64,000 nucleotides of DNA from Hormiphora californensis (lineage: Eukaryota; Animalia; Ctenophora), in NCBI GenBank assembly GCA_020137815.1, contig CM035351.1, positions 2,418,001-2,482,000 of the forward strand. Direction: 5' to 3'. The notes under the pieces were generated by a model that made no database searches, was not told the origin of the DNA, and worked only from the letters and a program-made list of their open reading frames with translations. The number at the start of each line of letters is the position of its first letter. Position 1 is the first letter of the stretch. This document shows, piece after piece, positions 47,201-60,676 of this stretch. Position numbers and translations under genes: made by a program.

Positions 47201-50200
47201 ACTGTCACTGGATTCATCCTGTATCAATGAAGCAGGCTTCTCTGATTCATCATTCGACTCGAGTTTCTCTGACTTTGGTGACACAGGTCTTTGGTTAACC
47301 GTGACAGGAACAGATTTCACTGGCTTTTGTTCAACGAGTTCCTCTTCAGACAATTCATCGGAATCTGTAGATTTTTTCGAAATCTTGAAATCTATTTCTA
47401 GTTTCGGATGATCGGAAGCTGTGCTTTTGTTTTTGCTGGACGATTTCCTGCTAGAATTGGACTTCTTGGAGGAGTCACTATAAGAACTATCACTGGATCC
47501 ATCCTTTATCAGTGATGCTGGCTTCTGGGATGATTTCTTACTAGACTTGGATGTCTTGGAAGAGTCACTAGAAGAACTGTCACTTGAGTCATCCTTTTTC
47601 TGAGAAGCAGGCTTCTGGGATGATTTCTTGCTAGACTTGGATGACTTGGATGTCTTGGACGTCTTGGAAGAGTCACTAGAAGAACTGTCACTTGAGTCAT
47701 CCTTTTTCTGAGAAGCAGGCTTCTGGGATGATTTCTTGCTAGACTTGGATGAATTGGAAGTCTTGGAGGAGTCGCTAGAAGAACTGTCACTGGATCCATC
47801 CTTTATCAGTGATGCTGGCTTCTGGGATGATTTCTTACTAGACTTGGATGTCTTGGACGTCTTGGAAGAGTCACTAGAAGAACTGTCACTTGAGTCATCC
47901 TTTTTCTGAGAAGCAGGCTTCTGGGATGATTTCTTGCTAGACTTGGATGACTTGGAAGTCTTGGACGTCTTGGAGGAGTCACTAGAAGAACTATCACTGG
48001 ATCCATCCTTTATCAATGATGCTGGCTTCTGAGATGATTTCTTACTAGACTTGGATGTCTTGGAAGAGTCACTAGAAGAACTATCACTTGAGTCATCCTT
48101 TTTCTTAGAAGCAGGCTTCTGGGATGATTTCTTGCTAGACTTGGATGACTTGGAAGTCTTGGACGTCTTGGAGGAGTCGCTAGAAGAACTGTCACTGGAT
48201 CCATCCTTTATCAGTGATGCTGGCTTCTGGGATGATTTCTTACTAGACTTGGATGTCTTGGACGTCTTGGAAGAGTCACTAGAAGAACTGTCACTTGAGT
48301 CATCCTTTTTCTGAGAAGCAGGCTTCTGGGATGATTTCTTGCTAGACTTGGATGACTTGGAAGTCTTGGACGTCTTGGAGGAGTCGCTAGCAGAACTGTC
48401 ACTGGATCCATCCTTTATCAGTGATGCTGGCTTCTGGGATGATTTCTTACTAGACTTGGATGTCTTGGACGTCTTGGAAGAGTCACTAGAAGAACTGTCA
48501 CTTGAGTCATCCTTTTTCTGAGAAGCAGGCTTCTGGGATGATTTCTTGCTAGACTTGGATGACTTGGAAGTCTTGGACGTCTTGGAGGAGTCACTAGAAG
48601 AACTATCACTGGATCCATCCTTTATCAGTGATGCTGGCTTCTGAGATGATTTCTTACTAGACTTGGATGTCTTGGAAGAGTCACTAGAAGAACTAGTCAC
48701 TTGAGTCATCCTTTTTCTGAGAAGCAGGCTTCTGGGATGATTTCTTGCTAGACTTGGATGACTTGGAAGTCTTGGACGTCTTGGAGGAGTCGCTAGAAGA
48801 ACTGTCACTTGAGTCATCCTTTTTCTGAGAAGCAGGCTTCTGGGATGATTTCTTGCTAGACTTGGATGACTTGGAAGTCTTGGACGTCTTGGAGGAGTCG
48901 CTAGAAGAACTGTCACTGGATCCATCCTTTATCAGTGATGCTGGCTTCTGGGATGATTTCTTACTAGACTTGGATGTCTTGGACGTCTTGGAAGAGTCAC
49001 TTGAAGAACTGTCACTTGATTCATCCTTTTTCTGTGAAGCAGGCTTTTCTGAATCATCTTTTGATACGCTTTTCTCTGACTTTGGTGACACAGGTCTTTG
49101 GTTAACCGTGACAGGAACAGATTTCACTGGCTTTTGTTCAACGAGTTCCTCTTCAGATAATTCATCGGAATCTGTAGATTTTTTCGAAATCTTGAAATCT
49201 ATTTCTGGTTTCGGATGATCGGAAGCTGTGCTATTCTTTTTGCTGGACGATTTCCTGCTAGAATTGGACTTCTTGGAGGAGTCACTAGAAGAACTATCAC
49301 TGGATCCATCCTTTATCAGTGATGCTGGCTTCTGGGATGATTTCTTACTAGACTTGGATGTCTTGGACGTCTTGGAAGAGTCACTAGAAGAACTGTCACT
49401 TGAGTCATCCTTTTTCTGAGAAGCAGGCTTCTGGGATGATTTCTTGCTAGACTTGGATGAATTGGAAGTCTTGGAGGAGTTGCTAGAAGAACTGTCACTG
49501 GATCCATCCTTTATCAGTGATGCTGGCTTCTGGGATGATTTCTTACTAGACTTGGATGTCTTGGACGTCTTGGAAGAGTCACTAGAAGAACTGTCACTTG
49601 AGTCATCCTTTTTCTGAGAAGCAGGCTTCTGGGATGATTTCTTGCTAGACTTGGATGACTTGGAAGTCTTGGACGTCTTGGAGGAGTCACTAGAAAAACT
49701 ATCACTGGATCCATCCTTTATCAATGATGCTGGCTTCTGAGATGATTTCTTACTAGACTTGGATGTCTTGGAAGAGTCACTAGAAGAACTGTCACTTGAG
49801 TCATCCTTTTTCTGAGAAGCAGGCTTCTGGGATGATTTCTTGCTAGACTTGGATGACTTGGAAGTCTTGGACGTCTTGGAGGAGTCACTAGAAGAACTAT
49901 CACTGGATCCATCCTTTATCAGTGATGCTGGCTTCTGGGATGATTTCTTGCTAGACTTGGATGACTTGGAAGTCTTGGACGTCTTGGAGGAGTCGCTAGA
50001 AGAACTGTCACTGGATCCATCCTTTATCAGTGATGCTGGCTTCTGGGATGATTTCTTACTAGACTTGGATGTCTTGGACGTCTTGGAAGAGTCACTAGAA
50101 GAACTGTCACTTGAGTCATCCTTTTTCTGAGAAGCAGGCTTCTGGGATGATTTCTTGCTAGACTTGGATGACTTGGAAGTCTTGGACGTCTTGGAGGAGT

Positions 50201-53200
50201 CACTAGAAGAACTATCACTGGATCCATCCTTTATCAGTGATGCTGGCTTCTGAGATGATTTCTTACTAGACTTGGATGTCTTGGAAGAGTCACTAGAAGA
50301 ACTATCACTTGAGTCATCCTTTTTCTGAGAAGCAGGCTTCTGGGATGATTTCTTGCTAGACTTGGATGACTTGGAAGTCTTGGACGTCTTGGAGGAGTCG
50401 CTAGAAGAACTGTCACTTGAGTCATCCTTTTTCTGAGAAGCAGGCTTCTGGGATGATTTCTTGCTAGACTTGGATGACTTGGAAGTCTTGGACGTCTTGG
50501 AGGAGTCGCTAGAAGAACTGTCACTGGATCCATCCTTTATCAGTGATGCTGGCTTCTGGGATGATTTCTTACTAGACTTGGATGTCTTGGACGTCTTGGA
50601 AGAGTCACTTGAAGAACTGTCACTTGATTCATCCTTTTTCTGTGAAGCAGGCTTTTCTGAATCATCTTTTGATACGCTTTTCTCTGACTTTGGTGACACA
50701 GGTCTTTGGTTAACCTTGACAGGAACAGATTTCACTGGCTTTTGTTCAACGAGTTCCTCTTCAGATAATTCATCGGAATCTGTAGATTTTTTCGAAATCT
50801 TGAAATCTATTTCTGGTTTCGGATGATCGGAAGCTGTGCTATTCTTTTTGCTGGACGATTTCCTGCTAGAATTGGACTTCTTGGAGGAGTCACTAGAAGA
50901 ACTATCACTGGATCCATCCTTTATCAGTGATGCTGGCTTCTGGGATGATTTCTTACTAGACTTGGATGTCTTGGACGTCTTGGAAGAGTCACTAGAAGAA
51001 CTGTCACTTGAGTTATCCTTTTTCTGAGAAGCAGGCTTCTGGGATGATTTCTTGCTAGACTTGGATGAATTGGAAGTCTTGGAGGAGTTGCTAGAAGAAC
51101 TGTCACTGGATCCATCCTTTATCAGTGATGCTGGCTTCTGGGATGATTTCTTACTAGACTTGGATGTCTTGGACGTCTTGGAAGAGTCACTAGAAGAACT
51201 GTCACTTGAGTCATCCTTTTTCTGAGAAGCAGGCTTCTGGGATGATTTCTTGCTAGACTTGGATGACTTGGAAGTCTTGGACGTCTTGGAGGAGTCACTA
51301 GAAAAACTATCACTGGATCCATCCTTTATCAATGATGCTGGCTTCTGAGATGATTTCTTACTAGACTTGGATGTCTTGGAAGAGTCACTAGAAGAACTAT
51401 CACTTGAGTCATCCTTTTTCTGAGAAGCAGGCTTCTGGGATGATTTCTTGCTAGACTTGGATGACTTGGAAGTCTTGGACGTCTTGGAGGAGTCGCTAGA
51501 AGAACTGTCACTTGAGTCGTCCTTTTTCTGAGAAGCAGGCTTCTGGGATGATTTCTTACTAGACTTGGATGTCTTGGACGTCTTGGAAGAGTCGCTAGAA
51601 GAACTGTCACTTGAGTCATCCTTTTTCTGAGAATCAGGCTTCTGGGATGATTTCTTGCTAGACTTGGATGTCTTGGACGTCTTGGAAGAGTCACTAGAAG
51701 AACTGTCTCTGGAGTCATCCTTTATCAGTGATGCTGGCTTCTGGGACGATTTCTTGCTAGATTTGGATGACATGGAAGAGTCACTAGAAGAACTATCACT
51801 TGAGTCATCCTTTTTCTGAGAAGCAGGCTTCTGGGATGATTTCTTGCTAGACTTGGATGACTTGGAAGTCTTGGACGTCTTGGAGGAGTCGCTAGAAGAA
51901 CTGTCACTTGAGTCGTCCTTTTTCTGAGAAGCAGGCTTCTGGGATGATTTCTTACTAGACTTGGATGTCTTGGACGTCTTGGAAGAGTCACTAGAAGAAC
52001 TGTCACTTGAGTCATCCTTTTTCTGAGAAGCAGGCTTCTGGGATGATTTCTTGCTAGACTTGGATGACTTGGAAGTCTTGGACGTCTTGGAGGAGTCACT
52101 AGAAGAACTGTCACTGGATCCATCCTTTATCAGTGATGCTGGCTTCTGGGATGATTTCTTACTAGACTTGGATGTCTTGGACGTCTTGGAAGAGTCACTA
52201 GAAGAACTGTCACTTGAGTCATCCTTTTTCTGAGAAGCAGGCTTCTGGGATGATTTCTTGCTAGACTTGGATGACTTGGAAGTCTTGGACGTCTTGGAGG
52301 AGTCACTAGAAGAACTGTCACTGGATCCATCCTTTATCAGTGATGCTGGCTTCTGGGATGATTTCTTACTAGACTTGGATGTCTTGGACGTCTTGGAAGA
52401 GTCACTAGAAGAACTGTCACTTGAATCATCCTTTTTCTGTGAAGCAGGCTTTTCTGAATCATCTTTTGATACGCCTTTCTCTGACTTTGGTGACACAGGT
52501 CTTTGGTTAACCGTGACAGGAACAGATTTCACTGGCTTTTGTTCAACGAGTTCCTCTTCAGATAATTCATCAGAATCTGTAGATTTTTTCGAAATCTTGA
52601 AATCTATTTCTGATTTCGGATGATCGGAAGCTGTGCTATTCTTTTCGCTGGACGATTTCCTGCTTGAATTGGACTTCTTGGAGGATTCACTAGAAGAACT
52701 ATCACTGGACCCATCCTTTATCAGTGATGCTGGCTTCCGGGATGATTTCTTACTAGACTTGGATGTCTTGGACGTCTTGGAAGAGTCACTAGAAGAACTG
52801 TCACTTGAGTCATCCTTTTTCTGAGAAGCAGGCTTCTGGGATGATTTCTTGCTAGACTTGGATGACTTGGAAGTCTTGGACGTCTTGGAGGAGTCGCTAG
52901 AAGAACTATCACTGGATCCATCCTTTATCAGTGATGCTGGCTTCTGGGATGATTTCTTACTAGACTTGGATGTCTTGGACGTCTTGGAAGAGTCACTAGA
53001 AGAACTGTCACTTGAGTCATCCTTTTTCTGAGAAGCAGGCTTCTGGGATGATTTCTTGCTAGACTTGGATGACTTGGAAGTCTTGGACGTCTTGGAGGAG
53101 TCGCTAGAAGAACTATCACTGGATCCATCCTTTATCAGTGATGCTGGCTTCTGTGATGATTTCTTACTAGACTTGGATGTCTTGGACGTCTTGGAAGAGT

Positions 53201-56200
53201 CACTTGAAGAACTGTCACTTGAGTCATCCTTTTTCTGAGAAGCAGGCTTCTGGGATGATTTCTTACTAGACTTGGATGTCTTGGACGTCTTGGAAGAGTC
53301 ACTAGAAGAACTGTCACTTGAGTCATCCTTTTTCTGAGAAGCAGGCTTCTGGGATGATTTCTTGCTAGACTTGGATGACTTGGAAGTCTTGGACGTCTTG
53401 GAGGAGTCACTAGAAGAACTATCACTGGATCTATCCTTTATCAGTGATGCTGGCTTCTGGGATGATTTCTTACTAGACTTGGATGTCTTGGACGTCTTGG
53501 AAGAGTCACTAGAAGAACTGTCACTCGAGTCATCCTTTTTCTGAGAAGCAGGCTTCTGGGATGATTTTTTGCTAGACTTGGATGACTTGGAAGTCTTGGA
53601 CGTCTTGGAGGAGTCACTAGAAGAACTGTCACTGGATCCATCCTTTATCAGTGATGCTGGCTTCTGGGATGATTTCTTACTAGACTTGGATGTCTTGGAC
53701 GTCGTGGAAGAGTCACTAGAAGAACTATCACTTGAGTCATCCTTTTTCTGAGAAGCAGGCTTCTGGGATGATTTCTTGCTAGACTTGGATGATTTGGAAG
53801 TCTTGGACGTCTTGGAGGAGTCGCTAGAAGAACTATCACTGGACCCATCTTTTATCAGTGATGCTGGCTTCTGGGATGATTTCTTACTAGACTTGGATGT
53901 CTTGGACGTCTTGGAAGAGTCACTAGAAGAACTGTCACTTGAGTCATCCTTTTTCTGAGAAGCAGACTTCTGGGATGATTTCTTGCTAGACTTGGATGAT
54001 TTGGAAGTCTTGGACGTCTTGGAGGAGTCGCTAGAAGAACTATCACTGGACCCATCTTTTATCAGTGATGCTGGCTTCTGGGATGATTTCTTACTAGACT
54101 TGGATGTCTTGGACGTCTTGGAAGAGTCACTTGAAGAACTGTCACTTGAGTCATCCTTTTTCTGAGAAGCAGGCTTCTGGGATGATTTCTTACTAGACTT
54201 GGATGTCTTGGACGTCTTGGAAGAGTCACTAGAAGAACTGTCACTTGAGTCATCCTTTTTCTGAGAAGCAGGCTTCTGGGATGATTTCTTGCTAGACTTG
54301 GATGACTTGGAAGTCTTGGACGTCTTGGAGGAGTCACTAGAAGAACTATCACTGGATCTATCCTTTATCAGTGATGCTGGCTTCTGGGATGATTTCTTAC
54401 TAGACTCTGATGTCTTGGACGTCTTGGAAGAGTCACTAGAAGAACTGTCACTCGAGTCATCCTTTTTCTGAGAAGCAGGCTTCTGGGATGATTTTTTGCT
54501 AGACTTGGATGACTTGGAAGTCTTGGACGTCTTGGAGGAGTCACTAGAAGAACTGTCACTGGATCCATCCTTTATCAGTGATGCTGGCTTCTGGGATGAT
54601 TTTTTGCTAGACTTGGATGTCTTGGACGTCTTGGAAGAGTCACTAGAAGAACTGTCACTTGAGTCATCCCTTTTCTGAGAAACAGGCTTCTGGGATGATT
54701 TCTTGCTAGACTTGGATGATTTGGACGTCTTGGAAGAGTCACTAGAAGAACTGTCACTTGAGTCATCCTTTTTCAGAGAAGCAGGCTTCTGGGATGATTT
54801 CTTGCTAGACTTGGATGACTTGGAAGTCTTGGACGTCTTGGAAGAGTCGCTAGAAGAACTGTCACTTGAGTCATCCCTTTTCTGAGAAACAGGCTTCTGG
54901 GATGATTTCTTGCTAGACTTGGATGATTTGGACGTCTTGGAAGAGTCACTAGAAGAACTGTCACTTGATTCATCCTTTTTCTGAGAAGCAGGCTTCTGGG
55001 ATGATTTCTTGCTAGACTTGGATGACTTGGATGTCTTGGACGTCTTGGAGGAATCGCTAGAAGAACTATCACTGGATCCATCCTTTATCAGTGATGCTGG
55101 CTTCTGTGATGATTTCTTACTAGACTTGGATGTCTTGGACGTCTTGGAAGAGTCACTAGAAGAACTGTCACTTGAGTCATCCTTTTTCTGAGAAGCAGGC
55201 TTCTGGGATGATTTCTTACTAGACTTGGATGTCTTGGACGTCTTGGAAGAGTCACTAGAAGAACTGTCACTTGAGTCATCCTTTTTCTGAGAAGCAGGCT
55301 TCTGGGATGATTTTTTGCTAGACTTGGATGACTTGGAAGTCTTGGATGTCTTGGAGGAGTCACTAGAAGAACTGTCACTGGATCCATCCTTTATCAGTGA
55401 TGCTGGCTTCTGGGATGATTTCTTACTAGACTTGGATGACTTGGACGTCTTGGAAGAGTCACTAGAAGAACTGTCGCTTGAGTCATCCTTTTTCTGAGAA
55501 GCAGGCTTCTGGGATGATTTCTTGCTAGACTTGGACGACTTGGAAATCTTGGACGTCTTGGAGGAGTCACTAGAAGAACTATCACTGGATCCATCCTTTA
55601 TCAATGAGTCTGGCTTCTGAGATGATTTCTTACTAGACTTGGATGTCTTGGACGTCTTGGAAGAGTCACTAGAAGAACTGTCACTTGATTCATCCTTTTT
55701 CTGTGAAGCAGGCTTTTCTGAATCATCTTTTGATACGCCTTTCTCTGACTTTGGTGACACAGGTCTTTCGTTAACCGTGACAGGAACAGATTTCACTGGC
55801 TTTTGTTCAACGAGTTCCTCTTCAGATAATTCATCAGAATCTGTAGATTTTTTCGAAATCTTGAAATCTATTTCTGGTTTCGGATGATCGGAAGCTGTGC
55901 TATTCTTTTCGCTGGACGATTTCCTGCTAGAATTGGACTTCTTGGAGGAGTCACCAGAAGAACTATTACTGGATCCATCCTTTATCAGTGATGCTGGCTT
56001 CTGGGATGATTTCTTACTAGACTTGGAAGTCTTGGACGTCTTGGAGGAGTTACTAGAAGAACTGTCACTTGAGTCATCCTTTTTCTGAGAAGCAGGCTTC
56101 TGGGATGATTTCTTGCTAGACTTGGATGACTTGGAAGTCTTGGACGTCTTGGAGGAGTCGCTAGAAGAACTATCACTGGATTCATCCTTTATCAGTGATG

Positions 56201-59200
56201 CTGGCTTCTGGGATGATTTCTTACTAGACTTGGATGTCTTGGACGTCTTGGAAGAGTCACTAGAAGAACTGTCGCTTGAGTCATCCTTTTTCTGAGAAGC
56301 ATGCTTCTGGGATGATTTCTTGCTAGACTTGGATGACTTGGAAGTCTTGGAAGTCTTGGACGTCTTTGAGGAGTCACTAGAAGAACTATCAATGGATCCA
56401 TCCTTTTTCAGTGATTCTGGTTTCTGGGATGATTTCTTACTAAACTTGGAAGTCTTGGACGTCTTGGAAGAGTCACTAGAAGAACTGTCACTTGAGTCAT
56501 CCTTTTTCTGAGAAGCAGGCTTCTGGGATGATTTCTCGCTAGTCTTGCATGACTTGGAAGTCTTGGACGTGTTGGAGGAGTCGCTAGAAGAACTATCACT
56601 GGATCCATCCTTTATCAGTGATGCTGGCTTCTGGGATGATTTCTTACTAGACTTGGATGTCTTGGACGTCTTGGAAGAGTCACTAGAAGAACTATCACTT
56701 GATTCATCCTTTTTTTGAGAAGCAGGCTTGTGGGATGATTTCTTGCTAGACTTGGATGACTTGGAAGTCTTGGACGTCTTGGAGGAGTCAGTAGAAGAAC
56801 TATCACTGGATCTATCCTTTATCAATGATGCTGGCTTCTGAGATGATTTCTTACTAGACTTGGATGTCTTGGACGTCTTGGAAGAGTCACTTGAAGAACT
56901 GTCACTTGAGTCATCCTTGTTCTGTGAAGCAGGCTTCTGGGATGATTTCCTGCTAGACTTGGATGACTTGGAAGAGTCACTAGAAGTTCTGTCGCTGGAG
57001 TCATCCATTTTTTGCGAAGCAGGCTTCGGGGATGATTTTTTGCTGGACTTGGAAGAGTCACTTTTACTGGAGTCATCCTTTTTCGGGGAAGCAGGCATCT
57101 TCGATTTTTCTTTGTCAGATTGTGATTCTATTTCTGTCGCTTTCAATTGTTTTTTCTGATCATATTTAGGAGTTGACTTTACGGTATGGACAATTTCAAT
57201 TTCAATTTCATCCGATATTTCTTCAGTTTCTGATAAGGTTGAGGTTCTTTTGTCTTTACTTCTTGATTCATTGTGGTTGAAGTAGTCGGAGTTGATTTGA
57301 CTGTGTCCATCACATCCACTTTTTCTTCTTCAGATAATTCTTCTGTATCAGTCATAGGTGAATTTTTGTGTTGTTTTGCTGCCCTATCCACATGCTTTTT
57401 GGACTGTTTCTTGATCGGTTCTGCCTGTAGAAGTGAGGAGGAGGAAAATTGCAAAGTCAGAATTAGAGTCATTTTGTGATTCAAGACAAGTTGAGTTCAG
57501 TCCATCTACACGGATTTCTAACTCTGTTCCAGCTAGTCTAATACACTCTTCCACTGTGTCCTCTCTCTCCATTGTGGCTCGATAAATTCCCGGTATTTTG
57601 GTGTCTAACAACGCTGTTAAAGCAGAGCCATCTCTCCAAGAGACATCTAGATCCCTCACTTGGACCTTGTACGCTCTTATCGCTCTATTGACCGTGTCGA
57701 TAATGAGTGGTTTGAGTGGTAAATTCCTGGCCTGTGCCTGTGCTAAGGTAATTTGTGCTGGTTGGTCAGCATCAGAGGACGAAGAGGCCAATTCTTTCCT
57801 GACTTGTGGTTTTGGAGACCCTTCCGGTCGCTGGTAGACTTTCCTCACGTTAGTCATGACCGAGTTAAGACTTATCTTTCTGGGTTGTAGTCGAGTTGCA
57901 ACAAGCTCAGATAAGAATCGCTGTTTATGAATAAGGGACAGTGTCCCATTCACCCACCCACCAAGTGGGACATCACTCACTCCGATACCAAGTTGCTTTT
58001 CAGCGACCTCCAGACAGATCTTAATCCGAGTAATACTGTCAGTGAACTGGTACTTGGCGTACAACCCGGGAATGTAGCTATCCAACAGAGCTAACAACGC
58101 AATCCCATCATCCCAGTCCTCAACCAGGTTCTTGACCGTTATTTTACACGGCTGAGTTCGTCGGTTGATTCTAGCGAGCAGCTCAGGAAGATCGAACAGC
58201 TCGGTTATCTTCTCAAATTGGAGCTTTGGCAGCTCCTCCGTGAAGCAACCAATAAATGTAGCTAGAGCTCTCTCTGGTACACTCTGGTATACCACGCTAT
58301 ACCAACACAGCTGCACAGGAATGTTTAAGTACACTTTGGAGAATTTGAGGCAGGTTTTCACTCTCTCCTCCGCTGAAGGGTTGGCCATGTTTGCCTGGTA
58401 GAACCCTGGAATTTGTTGGTCTATCAGGATACTGATGAGTCTCCCGTCTCGCCATTCTCTGTCCCATGTCTTGACAGGATCCAGGGAGTAGTTCCTCAAG
58501 ATCAAGTTGGTTCGTTTCAGGATAACAGCCGGGTCCATGCCTTCTTGCTCCAAAATAGGCAGTGGGATACGAGTGTCATTCAGTAGGAACTTGTCAAACC
58601 TACTCAAATACCGAATCATAGCCGTTTTGTTGACTTTTGGATTGGTGAAATCGTTGACACTGATGACTCGCTCTACCTTGAGGTAATCCTCCGCGTACAG
58701 CATGCACTTTTCCACCCGGACACTCACCTCCACCGTTTTGAAAGTGTCGTGAAATCCGGGGATACAAGTATCAACAAGGACCGACAGGGCTATGCCGCTG
58801 TTCCAATCGGTGTTCAGGTTAGTTACCGGTTCTATCCTGGGAACGAGGTACTTGTTCAGGAACGTGATGAGAAGTTTCTCCGGGTCCTTTCCCTTTCTCT
58901 CCAGCTCACTAACGGTGAGTCGTCGTTTTCTCGGTTGTTGGACCCCCTCATCTTCCTCCGGGTCCTCAATGAATGTGGATCTCTTCATATAGAAGTCTGC
59001 CACTGCCCAAAGCAGGGCCTTTGTGGCAAACACATCCCCCTTTCCGATATCCCTCTCCCCGATACTGGTGAGCACGACCCCGTCTTGTTTCAGAACATTG
59101 AATGCGGTCCTCAGATTGTCAACCCTCTGGAAGAATGATTTGGGTTCTTTCTTGTGGGGAAGTCGTCTTTCAGCGACAACCTCGAGCAGCTCACATAGTA

Positions 59201-60676
59201 GAACACCACTCTGTACGTCAGTTGTAATGTCAGCCAGGACACTGGTCTTCTTTCCTCTCTTCAACTGAGCATTGATCCACAGGAAGGACGTTCTTTGAAG
59301 ATCATCCTCGGAAGATACTCCCGAGGGCCCTGGTCCCCCTGGACGGCGTGCTACGGAGTCCCTCTTACTTGGTGTTGTCAACTGTTTCCTTGGTAACGGG
59401 GTTGATTTTGGAGTTAGCTTGCTGAGCCCTTCTTCCAGTCTCAGACGGTTCAGTGGTGATCCAGAGGACCGGTTAGATCGGGACGCTAATGGTGATACAG
59501 GTGCAGATAAGCTACCACTAACACCCGGGCCAGCTATTATTGCAGGGATAATCTGAGACCTCCTCCTAGCCTTCTGGAAGTTGCCCCATTGGGTAGGATC
59601 CTCGGTGTAGGGCATTGTAACGGTATCCAGTTCGACTCTGAGGAAACACTTCAGATAGGTGATCATCGTGTTATCGTATCTCTTATCTTCTAACTTGAGG
59701 AGATCACCAGCCTCTAGAAAACTCTCAATCCCAATAACTTCGGCCGACTGAAGGGTCTTCTCAACTCTAACTCTCGGTGTCTCGTTCTTCATTGCCAGAT
59801 AGAATCCAGGTCTGAAAATGTCCACCAGGGCAGAAAGTGCCCGGCCATCCTTCCAGTCTGTGTTGAAGTTTTGAATGGGCTTCAACCCATACGGCATCAA
59901 CTTGAGGTTCAGATCATTTAGAATCAAATCCTGGTAACGTAGCTTCTTCCTGGTCTTGTTCACCTCCATCAAATCTCGAATACTAGCTCTCCTAGTGATA
60001 CTAGTCCTTCTAGTTGTTGCCTTCTTCAACAGGTCAGCGTGACTGAGGGGAGCAGCTCCCTCCTCTATGTTGATTTCCACATGCTGGTTCAGAAGGTCGT
60101 AGTTCAGAATCAAGATCCAGATCAGTCCCATAGTTATGTGTTGGTTGCCCTCGTAGATGTCCTCAGAACCAATGTTGGTCCTAACCACCTTGTCCCTATC
60201 CAACACAGACAGTGCTGTCTGAATGTTGGTACGCTTTTGGTACACACTGGTTGGGTCACGGGTAAATCCCAGTCGTGTTCCTTTTAGCACCTCCATCAGC
60301 TCACACAGCACAACTCCATCTCTTAGGTCCTCGAAAATGTTCTTGAACGTTCGCTCCGACCTCTTTTTACCTAACAAAAGCAGTGAAAAAGTCAAACAAG
60401 TGAATACAGTGAATACAGTCAAACAAGTTAATATAGGTACACATGTGTTTCCTAGAGTTATGTTTCACGATCAGCTAGCTGCTAAAAACATTCTAAGATG
60501 CTCCTATTCCTAAGCTAGGTTGCACCAAATACAAGTTTAATCTAAGTCATTACAACATGGATAATTAATGACTTACCAAGTCTAAGGCGGGTTTTGATCC
60601 ACCCAGTGAATGTTTTGCGTTGCATGACCGCCCATAACGGCGCCTCGCCACTAGATCGCTGTCTTCTTCTACTCAT
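38292..60676 (-). CDS. Giant (~7,200 aa) protein with 9 filamin-like calponin-homology domains, Ser/Lys/Asp repeat region and TQT/Cys-rich tail; exons 60676-60577, 60370-39133, ~39004-38919, ~38486-38292
   Basis: Exon 1 EAPLWAVMQRKTFTGWI splices to EDLRDGVVLCELMEVL..MGLIWILILNY (CH1). Further CH motifs: NFNTDWKDGRAL, DVQSGVLLCELL, NLNTDWNSGIAL, REWRDGRL, EDWDDGIAL, VSWRDGSAL, SDLADGRVL (~47000), TDLRDGRVL (~39670). Overlapping long ORFs join through ~6 single-base shifts. The terminal exons splice in phase to a TGA at 38292. Confidence 0.8.
39800..57100 (-). repeat. Coding tandem repeat array (90/99/108-bp units) with higher-order structure
   Basis: Unit KPAS(LIK/QKK)D(D/G)SSDSSSSDSSKTSK(TSK)(SSK)SSKKSSQ. 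A 207-bp dimer period is common, and larger blocks recur at 1608 bp (48853/50461) and 1689 bp (42762/44451). Confidence 0.97.

Noticed and set aside
39800-57100. Regular repeats resembling a CRISPR array or non-coding satellite
   Set aside because: There are no unique spacers or cas genes, the context is eukaryotic, and unit lengths are multiples of 3 within an ORF.
40682-57159. Many plus-strand ORFs (LDVLEESLEELSLESSF) and alternate-frame minus ORFs (MTPVTVLLVTLPRRPR)
   Set aside because: These are shadows of the Ser/Lys coding repeat; they are repeatedly broken by stops, whereas the Ser/Lys frame is continuous with CH domains.
32870-57480. Programmed frameshifting in the Tudor gene and the giant gene
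   Set aside because: The shifts I examined are isolated single-base indels, often beside short homopolymers, without slippery-site or pseudoknot context. Sequencing error is more parsimonious, though unverified.
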